DNA from: a virus
Virus record (IMG/VR): IMGVR_UViG_3300006048_000003
Direction: 5' to 3' (one strand)
Length of the DNA stretch: 64,000 nt
Shown piece after piece: positions 1 to 9,634 of the stretch. The translations under genes and the position numbers were made by a program. Position 1 is the first letter of the stretch, and the number at the start of each line of letters is the position of its first letter. Under the pieces are notes generated by a model. The model worked only from the letters and a program-made list of their open reading frames with translations. It was not told the DNA's origin and ran no database searches.

Positions 1-1638
1 AGCCGGACGTCGTCCGTACCGAGAAGCGTTCATTGGCGGTCCGCCACCCCCAGGGAAGGGTGTGTTGGGAGGCATCGGGGCACACGCTGGCCCCCCCGCA
101 CCACCCCCCAGCATCTGCTGAAGGACTTGCGTCATTTGGGATGACAGATTGAAAAGTTCTTCCATCGGATTACCACCAGTTGAAGGAGGAGCAGAAGGTC
201 CGGAAGGCATTCCACCGCCCATCTCAGGCGGCATCGGTTCGGGTCCACCTTCCATGCCCCCACCTTGATCGGGAGGACCATCGTAGTCCTCTTCATCGTC
301 TTCGGCGTAGTAGCCGGGGGAACCCCGTCCCCTGCGACCAGAACGAGCGTATCGGCTGTTGGCCATTGGTGGGGCAGGGCCACCACGATTCTGGCGGTCA
401 TCCAACATCCGTCCGACGTGTCCCCCCAGTTGTGTTCCGACGCGGCTTCCCACGGCTCGCCCAGCGATAGCTCCGGGGGGGCCACCGAAGTATCCCCCTG
501 CGGCTCCACCAACCATGCCACCACCGACACCACCCACACCACGACCGATTGTCTCACCCCTGCCCATCGGACGGGGAGGTGTCATCGAACCGGGATTGGC
601 GTAGACGGCTCCGGTGTTCGTGTGTCGGTGCGGAACCGCTTCGGGAGGATTCCCGCCGCGTGGTTGATTGCCGTCCCAATACGCTGTGGAACGTCCGTAG
701 CGTGCATTGGGTTGCTGGTCGTTGTTCATCATCCCCATCACACCGCCATCCATTCCCGGCATCCCATAAGGAACCGATGGAGGGGCCATGTACTGTTGGG
801 GATATTGAACCGTCTGAGACGGAGGATATTCCCCGTAACCGGCTGGAACGGACTGGCCTTGCATGTATTCGGGGTACTGAGGAACCGGCTGCGGCGGAAC
901 TGCCGGACCTGTCCATTGTTGGTTCGGATTCATCGGTCGTACATCTCCCAGAGTAAGTCGATACATCGTTGGGATGGGTTGTCCCGATGACCGAGCGTAA
1001 TTGATCTGATTGCGGCGATTGGGAAGGTCACTCGTATAGCTCAGACTGCCTGCATCGGGAAGCCAGGGCTTGTTGTAAAGAGTCGGTGTGCGTCCCTCGG
1101 AATAGGCCACCACACCGAGATCGAGGAACGGGTCGCGGCTCAGGAGAGCTACACCTGTGATTTGCTCGGTGTCGTCGTAGTACTCACTCGACCGGTATGG
1201 ATAGTTCCTCCTGACGGGGAGGAACTGCGGGTCCAGCCACTCGTCCACGACGATGGCGGGTTCCCCGGAAGGACCGAAACGTTGCACCCGTGCGTTGCGG
1301 TAGAAGCCTGCAAGAGGGGGTTGGTGTGTTTCCGGCTTACCCGGTTCGGTGTGCCCCAGCGTCATCCGAATTGGAACGCCACCTTGACGTTCCATCCGTT
1401 GCATGTTCTGAGCAATCCGATGGAGCTTGGGAAGATCAACCGAAATGAGTTTCTTGGTATTCGGGTCTTCCCGCTGGTGAGGCTTAAATATGGGCACCCC
1501 CTCAATCCTGGCCCATTTTGATGCATCATTTAGCCTTTGACTGAACGTTGCGGTGGCATCAGGACCATATGGTATTTCCTGAACCGAAGGATCAGCAACG
1601 GGGGATACCGAGTTGTCGTAGAAAGTTGGACGTCTCAT
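1..1638 (-). CDS. Mu-like prohead protease fused to a low-complexity scaffold-like region (3' end beyond window; absent from the supplied ORF track)
   Basis: Manual translation: open frame from ATG 1638 to position 1 with no stop. MRRPTFYD...TLGHTEP...YPYRSSEYYDD...GVALLSRDPFLDLG resembles Mu-type head protease His/Ser motifs, followed by a Gly/Pro/Gln-rich tail. Lies in the head-gene neighbourhood. Confidence 0.7.
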   Translation of the reverse strand, partial: MRRPTFYDNSVSPVADPSVQEIPYGPDATATFSQRLNDASKWARIEGVPIFKPHQREDPNTKKLISVDLPKLHRIAQNMQRMERQGGVPIRMTLGHTEPGKPETHQPPLAGFYRNARVQRFGPSGEPAIVVDEWLDPQFLPVRRNYPYRSSEYYDDTEQITGVALLSRDPFLDLGVVAYSEGRTPTLYNKPWLPDAGSLSYTSDLPNRRNQINYARSSGQPIPTMYRLTLGDVRPMNPNQQWTGPAVPPQPVPQYPEYMQGQSVPAGYGEYPPSQTVQYPQQYMAPPSVPYGMPGMDGGVMGMMNNDQQPNARYGRSTAYWDGNQPRGGNPPEAVPHRHTNTGAVYANPGSMTPPRPMGRGETIGRGVGGVGGGMVGGAAGGYFGGPPGAIAGRAVGSRVGTQLGGHVGRMLDDRQNRGGPAPPMANSRYARSGRRGRGSPGYYAEDDEEDYDGPPDQGGGMEGGPEPMPPEMGGGMPSGPSAPPSTGGNPMEELFNLSSQMTQVLQQMLGGGAGGPACAPMPPNTPFPGGGGPPMNASRYGRRPA

Positions 1639-2261
1639 GCTGGTGCCCTCCTACGAGACTGCACCTTTTGCGTCATCATTCTCTCCAAAGTCCACCCACG
1701 ACGAAGACGATTCATAAACGTGTTGAAGTTAATCCCCAACTCCCTCGCCCAAAGCACTGCACACTGCGTCTTGTCGTTGTACGTGATCATTACACTACGT
1801 CTTGTGTGACACAGTTGTTCCGAATCAGTCGACCACTTGCAGTTTCCCGGCTCGTAATTGCCGTCATTATTGACTCGATCAATTGAATGTTCAAGGGAAG
1901 GACGTTCCCCCATATCTGCCCTGAAATTCTCGAATGTCAGCCACCGCTCGCAGACAGTGATCCCACGTCCCCCGTAGTTCTTGTAGCCTGGATTCTTCGG
2001 ATTCGTGCAACGCTGGATCATCCCCTCCCAGACTGCGTATTCTGGTGAATTCACCTGTCCGTGGATTGTCCCCCACAGATTTTCCTTATTCCGTCGAGCA
2101 GTATTCTCTGAGTTGTAATGTCCACACGAAACCGTCAGGCCGCGACGGATGCTGTAATCGTAGATCTCCTTCTGTTTTCCACACTCGCACTGGTAAATGC
2201 CGTAATACGGCTTGCTGCCGTTGCCAACACGTGTGAGTTGGTTACGCTTAACAGTAGACAT
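1635..2261 (-). CDS. HNH homing endonuclease
   Basis: EYAVWEGMIQRC...YGGRGITVCERW...HSIDRVNNDGNYEPGNCKW. SD AAGGAG precedes ATG 2261. The frame is also open upstream to ATG 2489. Confidence 0.85.
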   Translation of the reverse strand: MSTVKRNQLTRVGNGSKPYYGIYQCECGKQKEIYDYSIRRGLTVSCGHYNSENTARRNKENLWGTIHGQVNSPEYAVWEGMIQRCTNPKNPGYKNYGGRGITVCERWLTFENFRADMGERPSLEHSIDRVNNDGNYEPGNCKWSTDSEQLCHTRRSVMITYNDKTQCAVLWARELGINFNTFMNRLRRGWTLERMMTQKVQSRRRAPA

Positions 2262-2329
2262 CGTTTGCTCCTTGAAAGCAATGGTGTTCAGAAGCACGCT
2301 AGGGGTGGCACCCTGGCGTGTTTCGTTTG

Positions 2330-2489
2330 GAGAGGATAAAACCCATTTGGCAGGATCGTTCATCTTCTGAGAGAATTCCGCCGTCGCATCCGGTCCGTAG
2401 GGGATCTCGTCGTGCTGTCCTTGAGGTTGTGCAGCAGGCACACCGGGGGAGACTAAACCAGAAGTGTCATAGAATGTGGGACGTCGCAT
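2330..2489 (-). other. Second, recoded copy of the protease gene 5' end, in frame with the HNH ORF
   Basis: MRRPTFYD...EIPYGPDATAEFSQKMNDPAKW versus MRRPTFYD...EIPYGPDATATFSQRLNDASKW at 1638. Confidence 0.75.
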
Positions 2490-2512
2490 TGTTCCGGTCT
2501 TGTATTTGACCG

Positions 2513-2558
2513 GAACCAGGGGGCAATGCTGAACCAGGAAGGCAAAGCCCCCTGGTTC
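2513..2558. other. 12-bp inverted repeat upstream of the protease/HNH unit
   Basis: GAACCAGGGGGC-(22 nt)-GCCCCCTGGTTC; function unknown. Confidence 0.4.
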
Positions 2559-2700
2559 TCAGTCGAGTCGGGTAGCTACTCCCGCCCCTTTTCTTCGCAC
2601 TAGAATAACGCTACGGCAAGGACTTACGTAAAGCAATCGAAATATTACAGAATTTTTGCCACCAGGAACTGTGTTTGCCGGAAATGTAATGTATGCTTGT

Positions 2701-2736
2701 GCAGACACCCCACTGCAACGGGTTAGTAGTTGCAAC
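2701..2736 (+). repeat. Dispersed CRISPR-repeat-like unit (only copy in + sense; upstream of a + strand gene)
   Basis: GCAGACACCCCAC-TGCAAC-GGGTTAGTA-GTTGCA-AC; 25 nt before ATG 2762; identical to 30492-30527. Confidence 0.9.
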
Positions 2737-2761
2737 CGTACTCCCAGCCCCGAAACTCACT

Positions 2762-2995
2762 ATGCAATACATCACTGTTCACGAAATTCGAGGAGGGGAG
2801 GACACCATAGCAGGAACTATTTCCTTCGACGGAAGGCACCTGATCCCCAACCCACCCCATGACCCTGTCCTGATTCGGTTGATTGAGGATGTTCAGGGAT
2901 CTCCTTACCCCCTTGATGATTTACACGCCAAGTTCCGGGGAATCTACCTTCATACATCCCCACCCCAGAACGTCGAGAATGTCCAGCCTGCTTAG
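2762..2995 (+). CDS. Hypothetical protein (77 aa)
   Basis: ORF MQYITVHEIRGG...; isolated + strand gene preceded by a repeat unit. Confidence 0.55.
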   Translation: MQYITVHEIRGGEDTIAGTISFDGRHLIPNPPHDPVLIRLIEDVQGSPYPLDDLHAKFRGIYLHTSPPQNVENVQPA

Positions 2996-4839
2996 GTCGG
3001 GTACGCCAAATGTGCCACGTAGTGATGCCGTCCTGACATGACGTTATCGTATCGTCTCTTGACGTGACCAATCGCTTCCGGCTCAATTCCGTGATGGTGC
3101 AATTCCGATTCAATCTCTGGCCACTTTCCCGCCAATGGGGTCAGATCCGGCATCCGCAAGCGATTTTGGGCAGCGTGATCTAAGATTTCCCTGTTCGTGT
3201 GGTTATCTTCCGCCTCGTCATCGGTCGGGAACGACAAGCCGTGATCGATCAGGACCAACTTGCCTTGCGGGGACACCAACCAGTTCCCCATATGCCTATC
3301 GGTGTTGCCAATCAAGTAATCGAATACTGCTGCCCGTGCCGCGTCGGTGTCCCCATCGTACTCGCTTCCTCGTGGTGCTCGGAAAGCGACCTGACCGTCC
3401 ATGAACTGCTGAATCGATCCAATCTCGCCGTTGTGGTTCCGAACCGTCGTTGGGGGGACTAGGTCATGCATTCCAATGACGTCTGCCAGGGCTGATGCGG
3501 CAGCTTCCCTTCGGTAATGCGTTCCAGGCTGAATAGCTGACCGCAGAGGATGTTCCCCGTTGCTCGGCTTGAAGACACCCTTCATTCCCCCTGAAAGGTG
3601 AAGCAGACGCACTTCCTTCGGATCTTTGTGACCGATGGAGGATTCCTGCTCCGCGTTCAGTTGGGAGAGCATTTCCTTCTCGGGACTCAGTGGACGTCCG
3701 GATGTCGTTTGTGTGGGCTGGACGTTCTGTGGCGTGGTGGAGACGAGATTACGGAAGATATCCCCGTGGGGGTCTTCATCGTGCGATGGTGACGCTCCCA
3801 GTGCCCTGACCGTGTGAGCGTACTCGGGTCCGGACAGGGAACCCAAGTACGATTCGAGGTAGTGCTTGAAGTTAGGCTTGCGGGCTGCATCCTGAATGTT
3901 CTGAACGTGTTGGGGGACGTTGGTGGGCTGGGAATCAGGTGGAGCATCATCGTATCGACTCGCTGCGAAGAAGTCCTCTGGGATGGTTTCATTGGGACGC
4001 CAATCGACTTGGTCGGGTTCGTACTCTAACTTGTGCAAATTCCACTGATTCTGACCGCTTGGCTGGTGTGCAAAATCTGCCTCCGGGTGATCCAAAAAAG
4101 CAATCCTTCCATTTCCCGCGAAACCATTGTTGGAAGCCCATCTTTTCCAAGAGTCGTGCAGCATTCCCACACTCACCTCGGGATGATTCCCGATTACAGA
4201 CCCAAAATGCTTTCGGAGCCAGGCCTGACGTCCCATCAGTGCAGGTAGACTTTCCGCAGGAACATCCCTAGCTACAACTCGATGAGTCAGAGGACTCGAA
4301 TATTCCAATCGGGAATAACGTGAGTATCCCCACTCTTCGGAATCAGGCACAGGATAGTTCGGTTGGGGCTGAACAGGCTGTTGTGGGGGGACGTAAATTC
4401 CTGGTGCGGGTGGATTGTAAATCCGCTTCTTGGGTGCGTAAATCGGCTGATTGGTGGGCTGCACGGGTGGAGGAAGTTCACAGTCGTCGTAGAGGCTTAA
4501 TTGTTCCGGAGGTTGTGCCAGTGACCAGAACTCAGCTTTAGGTCCACTCCCACCCGCACGATTACTTCTCCTGTCCACTGTGAAATGTCCTTGATTCAGT
4601 CCGTGGGACAGAGCCGCGTCGAGTGACGGACCCCATAGTCGAATCTTCTGAACGAGAGCTTTCTTGGTGAGTTCCCCGTGATTGGCAAGCGTCTGGTGAA
4701 CCAGGGAAAACACTTCCTCCGGTGTCTTCTGTGCCCGATTGGTGACGTATCGTTTCTGAGCCGCAGCCCCCTGCTGACGCCGACGCTGATCCAAGAACGC
4801 TTGGACTTCGGGTGTCACGACTTTTCGGGGAGTGGGCAC
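2992..4839 (-). CDS. Protein with C-terminal PI3/PI4-kinase-like (HipA-like) domain, putative virion-associated effector
   Basis: GVFKP...YRREAAA...DLVPPT...GSIQQF...FDYLIGNTDRHMGNW...LVLIDHGLSF. Confidence 0.75.
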   Translation of the reverse strand: MPTPRKVVTPEVQAFLDQRRRQQGAAAQKRYVTNRAQKTPEEVFSLVHQTLANHGELTKKALVQKIRLWGPSLDAALSHGLNQGHFTVDRRSNRAGGSGPKAEFWSLAQPPEQLSLYDDCELPPPVQPTNQPIYAPKKRIYNPPAPGIYVPPQQPVQPQPNYPVPDSEEWGYSRYSRLEYSSPLTHRVVARDVPAESLPALMGRQAWLRKHFGSVIGNHPEVSVGMLHDSWKRWASNNGFAGNGRIAFLDHPEADFAHQPSGQNQWNLHKLEYEPDQVDWRPNETIPEDFFAASRYDDAPPDSQPTNVPQHVQNIQDAARKPNFKHYLESYLGSLSGPEYAHTVRALGASPSHDEDPHGDIFRNLVSTTPQNVQPTQTTSGRPLSPEKEMLSQLNAEQESSIGHKDPKEVRLLHLSGGMKGVFKPSNGEHPLRSAIQPGTHYRREAAASALADVIGMHDLVPPTTVRNHNGEIGSIQQFMDGQVAFRAPRGSEYDGDTDAARAAVFDYLIGNTDRHMGNWLVSPQGKLVLIDHGLSFPTDDEAEDNHTNREILDHAAQNRLRMPDLTPLAGKWPEIESELHHHGIEPEAIGHVKRRYDNVMSGRHHYVAHLAYPT

Positions 4840-4847
4840 GGATTACC

Positions 4848-5543
4848 TCAACTCGGAATTTGCTGAACAGGAACAGGCTCCTCATAAGGAGCATTGCGGA
4901 GTCTTTGAATCATCTGCTCATAGTTCTGCCAATCGTGGTCACCCCAATCTTCTGGATCACCGTGCATATCAACTGAATTGACGACTTCATTAGCCAGGTG
5001 ATTCCCCAAATTCGACAGATGCACGTCTGCGTGGTAGTGGGGTTCGGTCCCGCTTGTATCTGCCGTCACAACACGCAGGTGATTACGTGGAATTTTCTTT
5101 CGATACGCTTCTGGTTCCACCATGTCTTCAGGACGAAAGTTTCCCCTCATTCGATTGTTCATGATATGCAATTCCGGGAACACTCCCGGCTGATCGATAT
5201 TCTGGTCAATGTGATCGAGAGCGTTCTCGATGTGCTCGGCAGTGAAGCGTCCTGGAACAATCCGCCCTTCATGCAAAATAACGTGTTGTTTGGGCTGTCG
5301 AAGTAGTGCAGCTTCTTGCCCACGACCCGACTCTTCTAGGGCGTCCGCCAATGGCCCTCGAACCCCGTGAAGTGGCTCGTTCTCACCCCATCGGTGGGGG
5401 TTATTGTCTGGATGATTCAGTTGCCCCATCATATTGTTGATGGTGTCCTGATCCGCGTACTGGGTTTGCTGGATTGGCACGTCCCCCCGATGGCCACGTT
5501 GACCGTGAAGGGGACGATGGAAAATGTCCTTGATGATGCCCAC
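4848..5543 (-). CDS. Hypothetical protein with TIGR02996-like motif
   Basis: GPLADALEESGRGQEAALLRQP. Confidence 0.55.
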   Translation of the reverse strand: MGIIKDIFHRPLHGQRGHRGDVPIQQTQYADQDTINNMMGQLNHPDNNPHRWGENEPLHGVRGPLADALEESGRGQEAALLRQPKQHVILHEGRIVPGRFTAEHIENALDHIDQNIDQPGVFPELHIMNNRMRGNFRPEDMVEPEAYRKKIPRNHLRVVTADTSGTEPHYHADVHLSNLGNHLANEVVNSVDMHGDPEDWGDHDWQNYEQMIQRLRNAPYEEPVPVQQIPS

Positions 5544-5575
5544 AAAAAACCCTCAACTGCGAGGAAGAGTCTTGT

Positions 5576-5611
5576 TTTACTCCTACGAACCGGGAGTAAT
5601 CGGTGTATGCC
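5576..5611 (-). repeat. Dispersed repeat-like unit (covariant stem)
   Basis: Sense GGCATACACCGAT-TACTCC-CGGTTCGTA-GGAGTA-AA; 32 nt before GTG 5543. Confidence 0.75.
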
Positions 5612-5625
5612 CGGAACAACACTCA

Positions 5626-5661
5626 GTTGCAACTACGAACCCGTTGCAGTGGGACTTTACC
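5626..5661 (-). repeat. Dispersed repeat-like unit, tandem with 5576-5611
   Basis: Sense GGTAAAGTCCCAC-TGCAAC-GGGTTCGTA-GTTGCA-AC; contains the stop codon (5657) of the upstream ORF. Confidence 0.9.
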
Positions 5662-6169
5662 CACGCAGATTCTGGTACGCACGCATGGTCGCTTCCTGAA
5701 CCCGATCTACCAGTTCCCGCCAGGCGTCGTGATCGTTCTCGATATCGATCCCCGTGTCTCGTGCCAGACCATCCAAATATCCATTGTCATGCCCTTCATA
5801 CGGCTCGAAATCCCCTACTGATGTTTGATTGGGATACCACACACCCTGCCGCATCCCACCCGCGATCCCGGCAGCTTCGTTTTCTGAGTTGGCAGATTGG
5901 TCGTCATGAACAATCCCACCACCAACGCGAACGTGATTCCCCAAATGAGTCATCACGGAGCCATTGAGGAATCCACCATGATCCCTCAACTGCATATTGG
6001 CGAGAGCACCATCAATCCGTTTCCATGCCGCCTCGTCGGAGCGTCCGTTCTCGTCTAGCCAATCCGCGTAGACCCAATGACGGGTGGAATCATGTGGATT
6101 CTCGTCAATAGATCTCTGGAAATCACCATCGGAATGGGAGTAATTCGTGGGCTGCACGTTTGTAGTCAC
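5657..6169 (-). CDS. TIGR02996-like domain protein flanked by repeat units
   Basis: IDENPHDSTRHWVYADWLDENGRSDEA; SD GAGGAG before GTG 6169. Confidence 0.7.
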   Translation of the reverse strand: MTTNVQPTNYSHSDGDFQRSIDENPHDSTRHWVYADWLDENGRSDEAAWKRIDGALANMQLRDHGGFLNGSVMTHLGNHVRVGGGIVHDDQSANSENEAAGIAGGMRQGVWYPNQTSVGDFEPYEGHDNGYLDGLARDTGIDIENDHDAWRELVDRVQEATMRAYQNLRG

Positions 6170-6190
6170 GATGACTCCTCGTCGGTTGGA

Positions 6191-6226
6191 TTTGCAGCTA
6201 CAAACCCACTGCACTGGGATACCCAA
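6191..6226 (-). repeat. Dispersed repeat-like unit
   Basis: Sense TTGGGTATCCCAG-TGCAGT-GGGTTTGTA-GCTGCA-AA; between portal stop (6233) and GTG 6169. Confidence 0.85.
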
Positions 6227-6232
6227 ACACTA

Positions 6233-9200
6233 CTATACGATTCCCCATTTGGCAAATACCCGATGTGTCTCCGGGAACTTCTGCTTCAGGGTTTCCCTTC
6301 CGTTGGGGGTCGCATGGGCAAGTCGGAAGGCTTCCCCGAATCCTTCGGTTGGGTCAATGGCAGAATATTCGTTCAAGTTCCCACTCTTGATTTCCTTGTG
6401 CCAGGCTTTCTTCCACTCATCCGATGTCGAGAGTTGGTGGTATCCCCCTTCCTTCCCCGCAGGATGGGACCAATCAAGTGCATGGGCGACTTCATGGGCC
6501 AGGACGCCCATCGGGTCATTTCCCCCCGCGTGGAGGTGAACGTGCCCCACATCCGGGTCGTGGAAGCCGTTGGGGGCTGTGAACTGACTGTTCGGGTCAT
6601 CCGCAGCCTGTCCCGTGGCCTTCGTCCAGTGATTCCCCACATGCTCCTGTGACTGATGCGAAACGATGTGACTCAGCCTGCCTTGTCGGAGTCGTTCGAT
6701 CACGTTCGGTGAAAAGCTCTTGAGCATGTCGAACGTCTGTCCTGCCAGGTGAGCAGCCTGATCCGGATCTTGGACGTGGTGAACCAGAGCATTCGCGATG
6801 GAAGACGCGAAGGTATCGTGATTCGTCCAATCGACGGGATGGTGAACGCTGCCAGTGTCTTGTTGCTGCTGGGGCTGTGCGTCATCGTATCGGGACGCCT
6901 GGGTCGGAGGTTGCTGTGTTCCCAGATTCTTGACGTATGCTTGCCGGAACGCTTCCTCCATCGCGTGACGGGATGGCCATGCAAATGTCTGCGTCGAATC
7001 ATCCCACCTGCCGTGATGGGGCTTCACCTTGCCGTCTGGGTCGGCCTCCCCGGTCCATGCCCACGTTTCACCGGGGATGTGATATCCAAAGTTCTCAACT
7101 CCTTTTGGGAATCTCCCGTCGTTCGTCCCATAAGCAAAACCCCCCGGTGAGGCGACAACCCACGGTCGATCCGCGAATTCCTGCTGTCGGTGTCGTGGGA
7201 TTTTCGGTGGCTTCCAGGTGGAATACCATTCCCCGAGATTCCTTCGGAATTGAGCTTCTTCTGGCTGGCCGTTCTCTTCCAGGAAGTCCGCGTATGCCCC
7301 ATGCGTGGTGTATTCGTGGGGATTCTCGTCAATCTTCCGCTCGAAGTCCTCGGCGGTAGGTTCCATGTACATAGCCGGTTTCGGATAACCCGAGAATCCC
7401 GGCTTGCGTGGTGGGGAGTGCTGGAACATCACAGAGCCAGGAATGTATTGCCCCTTCCGGTAGGGTTTGTCACGATACGTCATTGCGACCGGAGCTTGAC
7501 GACGCTCGTACCTCGTGAACCCAATCGGCTGTTGGGGTTTCCTCCGATCCTGTCCGAACGACGGAATGAAAGTGTTGTTTCCTCCAGGGAAACCCATGTA
7601 TCGCTGATGACCCAACACGGGACCATTCACCGGGGGAGTCCCTGGTTGCTTCCCTGACGAAAAGAATTGCATTGGAGGGCTGATTCCCCCTCCTGGCGGA
7701 ACAGCGTGTCCTGGCATCGGTCCGGGAATCCCCGCAGGGGAGGGAACCTGAGCCAGTTGCATTGGTGGGGCTGTGGGTTGCACGCCCATCATCATGCTCG
7801 GATCGAGGGGACTTCCAGGAGGAACCGGTCCCTGTCCTGGCATCCCGTCCGGAGGCATCACGGGGGGAAGTTGTCCCATCTGCGGCAATTCCGGCCCCTG
7901 TGGACCCATTTTGGTCACGATGGTGGGTCCACCGGGGAACGCCTGAATGACGACCTCATCCCCCTCTTCTGGTCGGGAGAAATCACCCGCTTCCATCAGT
8001 TCATCGAGCTTGATGTACCCGCCCATGCTCAAGATCAACTTGCCCGACTGGACTTTCTCTTTCTTTTCCAAGTCGGGGAGGATGCTCTTGAACCTGACCG
8101 GGAACTTTGCCCACGGGAAGTTGTACTTCTTCAGGGGAGCCAGAAGATCGTTAGTCAAAACTTCGTCAAGACGATTGGTGTCATATACTAACAACTCATC
8201 CTTCGTTGCTCTCGAAAGCTCGGCACGTCCGGTGCCTCCAAGCCCATCCCCCTTATCCGCTCCGGAGGACATGCTCTGACCAACGAACAGCCTCTCAATG
8301 TGTCGGTCGAAGAAGTCCCTCACCAAGTCTTGAAGTGCTTTCAGTCCAGCACTGTTCATCTGGATCTGTTCGACTGCATTCCAGTTCTGGTCAGGACGAC
8401 GCGGGCAAACAATTGCAGCTTTCCCAATGATTTTGTTGGCGTTGATTTCTGCCTGGAGCTTCCCGGCTGCGTCCCCTGCGGGGTAATTGAAAACGAGCAG
8501 GTCCATCTGCCCGATGGCCTGCATGTAAGTGATCATCCAGGTCAGGGCGTCGGTACGAAGGACATAGAGCCAGTACACCATTCCCCGCAAACCCAATCCC
8601 TGAATACTACCCGCTAAGATTCCCTCGAAGAAGTCGGCTGGTTCCCGAACGTGCTGATGGATCACAAACCGTTCTCGCCACTGTTCCCGTTGAAGGACAA
8701 GGGCACATCCACCCCGGTCGGTGTAACGTAGATCCCCGTCCCCCCATGTTTCAGCCTGAATGCCTTTGTCCTTGTCGAAGGATTCCTTCCAGTCCCCACC
8801 CCACTTGGCTCCGTGGTTGGCGTACCAGGAGGTAGTCATCGAATCCATCAAGATCGCGGGGATGCCATCGAAGGTGTACTGGATGGAATCGCCGTGAACG
8901 GGGCTCCACGTCTGGTCTTTGCATCGCTGATTCTTGCCGTAGACCCAGAAGTTGTTGCAGTCAGGATCACGCTGGAAGAATCCCTGCACGGCGGATCGAC
9001 CGAACCACACTCCTTGTAGAAGTGACCACTTCAACATCGAGAACTGTGGAGTAGATTCCACGATCTTGGTCATGGAATCCCGAACGTACATCTGCTTGCT
9101 GTCGCGGTCATCATCGACCTCTATCCTCCAGTCGCGGTTCATTGTCGGTAAAAGTCTCTCCCACAGAAGCCCCCACAGGAACCCATCCCGTCGCATGGCC

Positions 9201-9433
9201 CTGGCATTTACGTAACTGTCACGCATACTCTCATCAAATTTGCTGCTGAACATTCTCTGAGCTGCGTTATATACCGCCTGCACAGCATGAGATGGAGGAA
9301 CTAACAAACGACCATTACCTATCATTGGCGAGCCGTCTGGAAGCGTGAAGTCCTCCAGCTTGAAGTTCTTCCGAGGCGGGACAGCCCTGAAAACCTCTAA
9401 GTCTTTTGCCAGGTCGTCAATGACGGTGGGCAT
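6233..9433 (-). CDS. Portal protein (DUF935/Mu gp29-like) with C-terminal TIGR02996-like and HEXXH metallopeptidase-like domains
   Basis: GLGLRGMVYWLY...IERLFVGQSMSS resembles the DUF935 core; then a Pro/Gly linker, YADFLEENG and VLAHEVAHALD...EGFGEAF. Confidence 0.7.
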   Translation of the reverse strand: MPTVIDDLAKDLEVFRAVPPRKNFKLEDFTLPDGSPMIGNGRLLVPPSHAVQAVYNAAQRMFSSKFDESMRDSYVNARAMRRDGFLWGLLWERLLPTMNRDWRIEVDDDRDSKQMYVRDSMTKIVESTPQFSMLKWSLLQGVWFGRSAVQGFFQRDPDCNNFWVYGKNQRCKDQTWSPVHGDSIQYTFDGIPAILMDSMTTSWYANHGAKWGGDWKESFDKDKGIQAETWGDGDLRYTDRGGCALVLQREQWRERFVIHQHVREPADFFEGILAGSIQGLGLRGMVYWLYVLRTDALTWMITYMQAIGQMDLLVFNYPAGDAAGKLQAEINANKIIGKAAIVCPRRPDQNWNAVEQIQMNSAGLKALQDLVRDFFDRHIERLFVGQSMSSGADKGDGLGGTGRAELSRATKDELLVYDTNRLDEVLTNDLLAPLKKYNFPWAKFPVRFKSILPDLEKKEKVQSGKLILSMGGYIKLDELMEAGDFSRPEEGDEVVIQAFPGGPTIVTKMGPQGPELPQMGQLPPVMPPDGMPGQGPVPPGSPLDPSMMMGVQPTAPPMQLAQVPSPAGIPGPMPGHAVPPGGGISPPMQFFSSGKQPGTPPVNGPVLGHQRYMGFPGGNNTFIPSFGQDRRKPQQPIGFTRYERRQAPVAMTYRDKPYRKGQYIPGSVMFQHSPPRKPGFSGYPKPAMYMEPTAEDFERKIDENPHEYTTHGAYADFLEENGQPEEAQFRRNLGEWYSTWKPPKIPRHRQQEFADRPWVVASPGGFAYGTNDGRFPKGVENFGYHIPGETWAWTGEADPDGKVKPHHGRWDDSTQTFAWPSRHAMEEAFRQAYVKNLGTQQPPTQASRYDDAQPQQQQDTGSVHHPVDWTNHDTFASSIANALVHHVQDPDQAAHLAGQTFDMLKSFSPNVIERLRQGRLSHIVSHQSQEHVGNHWTKATGQAADDPNSQFTAPNGFHDPDVGHVHLHAGGNDPMGVLAHEVAHALDWSHPAGKEGGYHQLSTSDEWKKAWHKEIKSGNLNEYSAIDPTEGFGEAFRLAHATPNGRETLKQKFPETHRVFAKWGIV

Positions 9434-9451
9434 GATGAGTCACTAAATAAG

Positions 9452-9492
9452 AACAAGCGGGTCGCGGGTTGTGGTCCCGACGCCCGCTTGCT
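9452..9492 (-). terminator. Putative intrinsic terminator after the CRISPR/repeat region
   Basis: Sense CAAGCGGG...CCCGCTTG stem followed by TTCTTATTT. Confidence 0.55.
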
Positions 9493-9547
9493 ACGAATTG
9501 TACCATCTCGATGTGAAGAAACTACAGAGAAGTGACGTGCTTTCGCT

Positions 9548-9583
9548 TCTACTTCAATCGACCCGAAGCAGTGGGATTGTCAG
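9548..9583 (-). repeat. Dispersed repeat-like unit (covariant stem)
   Basis: Sense CTGACAATCCCAC-TGCTTC-GGGTCGATT-GAAGTA-GA. Confidence 0.75.
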
Positions 9584-9598
9584 ATACTACAGCGACGA

Positions 9599-9634
9599 GT
9601 TGCAACTACTAACCCGCCACGGTGGATTGCTTGT
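9599..9634 (-). repeat. Dispersed repeat-like unit, tandem with 9548-9583
   Basis: Sense ACAAGCAATCCAC-CGTGGC-GGGTTAGTA-GTTGCA-AC; the TAG stop of ORF 9609 lies in the loop. Confidence 0.8.

Noticed and set aside
5549-5567. Terminator-like CCTC-GCAGTT-GAGG-GTTTTTT
   Set aside because: Only a 4-bp stem and it abuts the next start codon; too weak to call.
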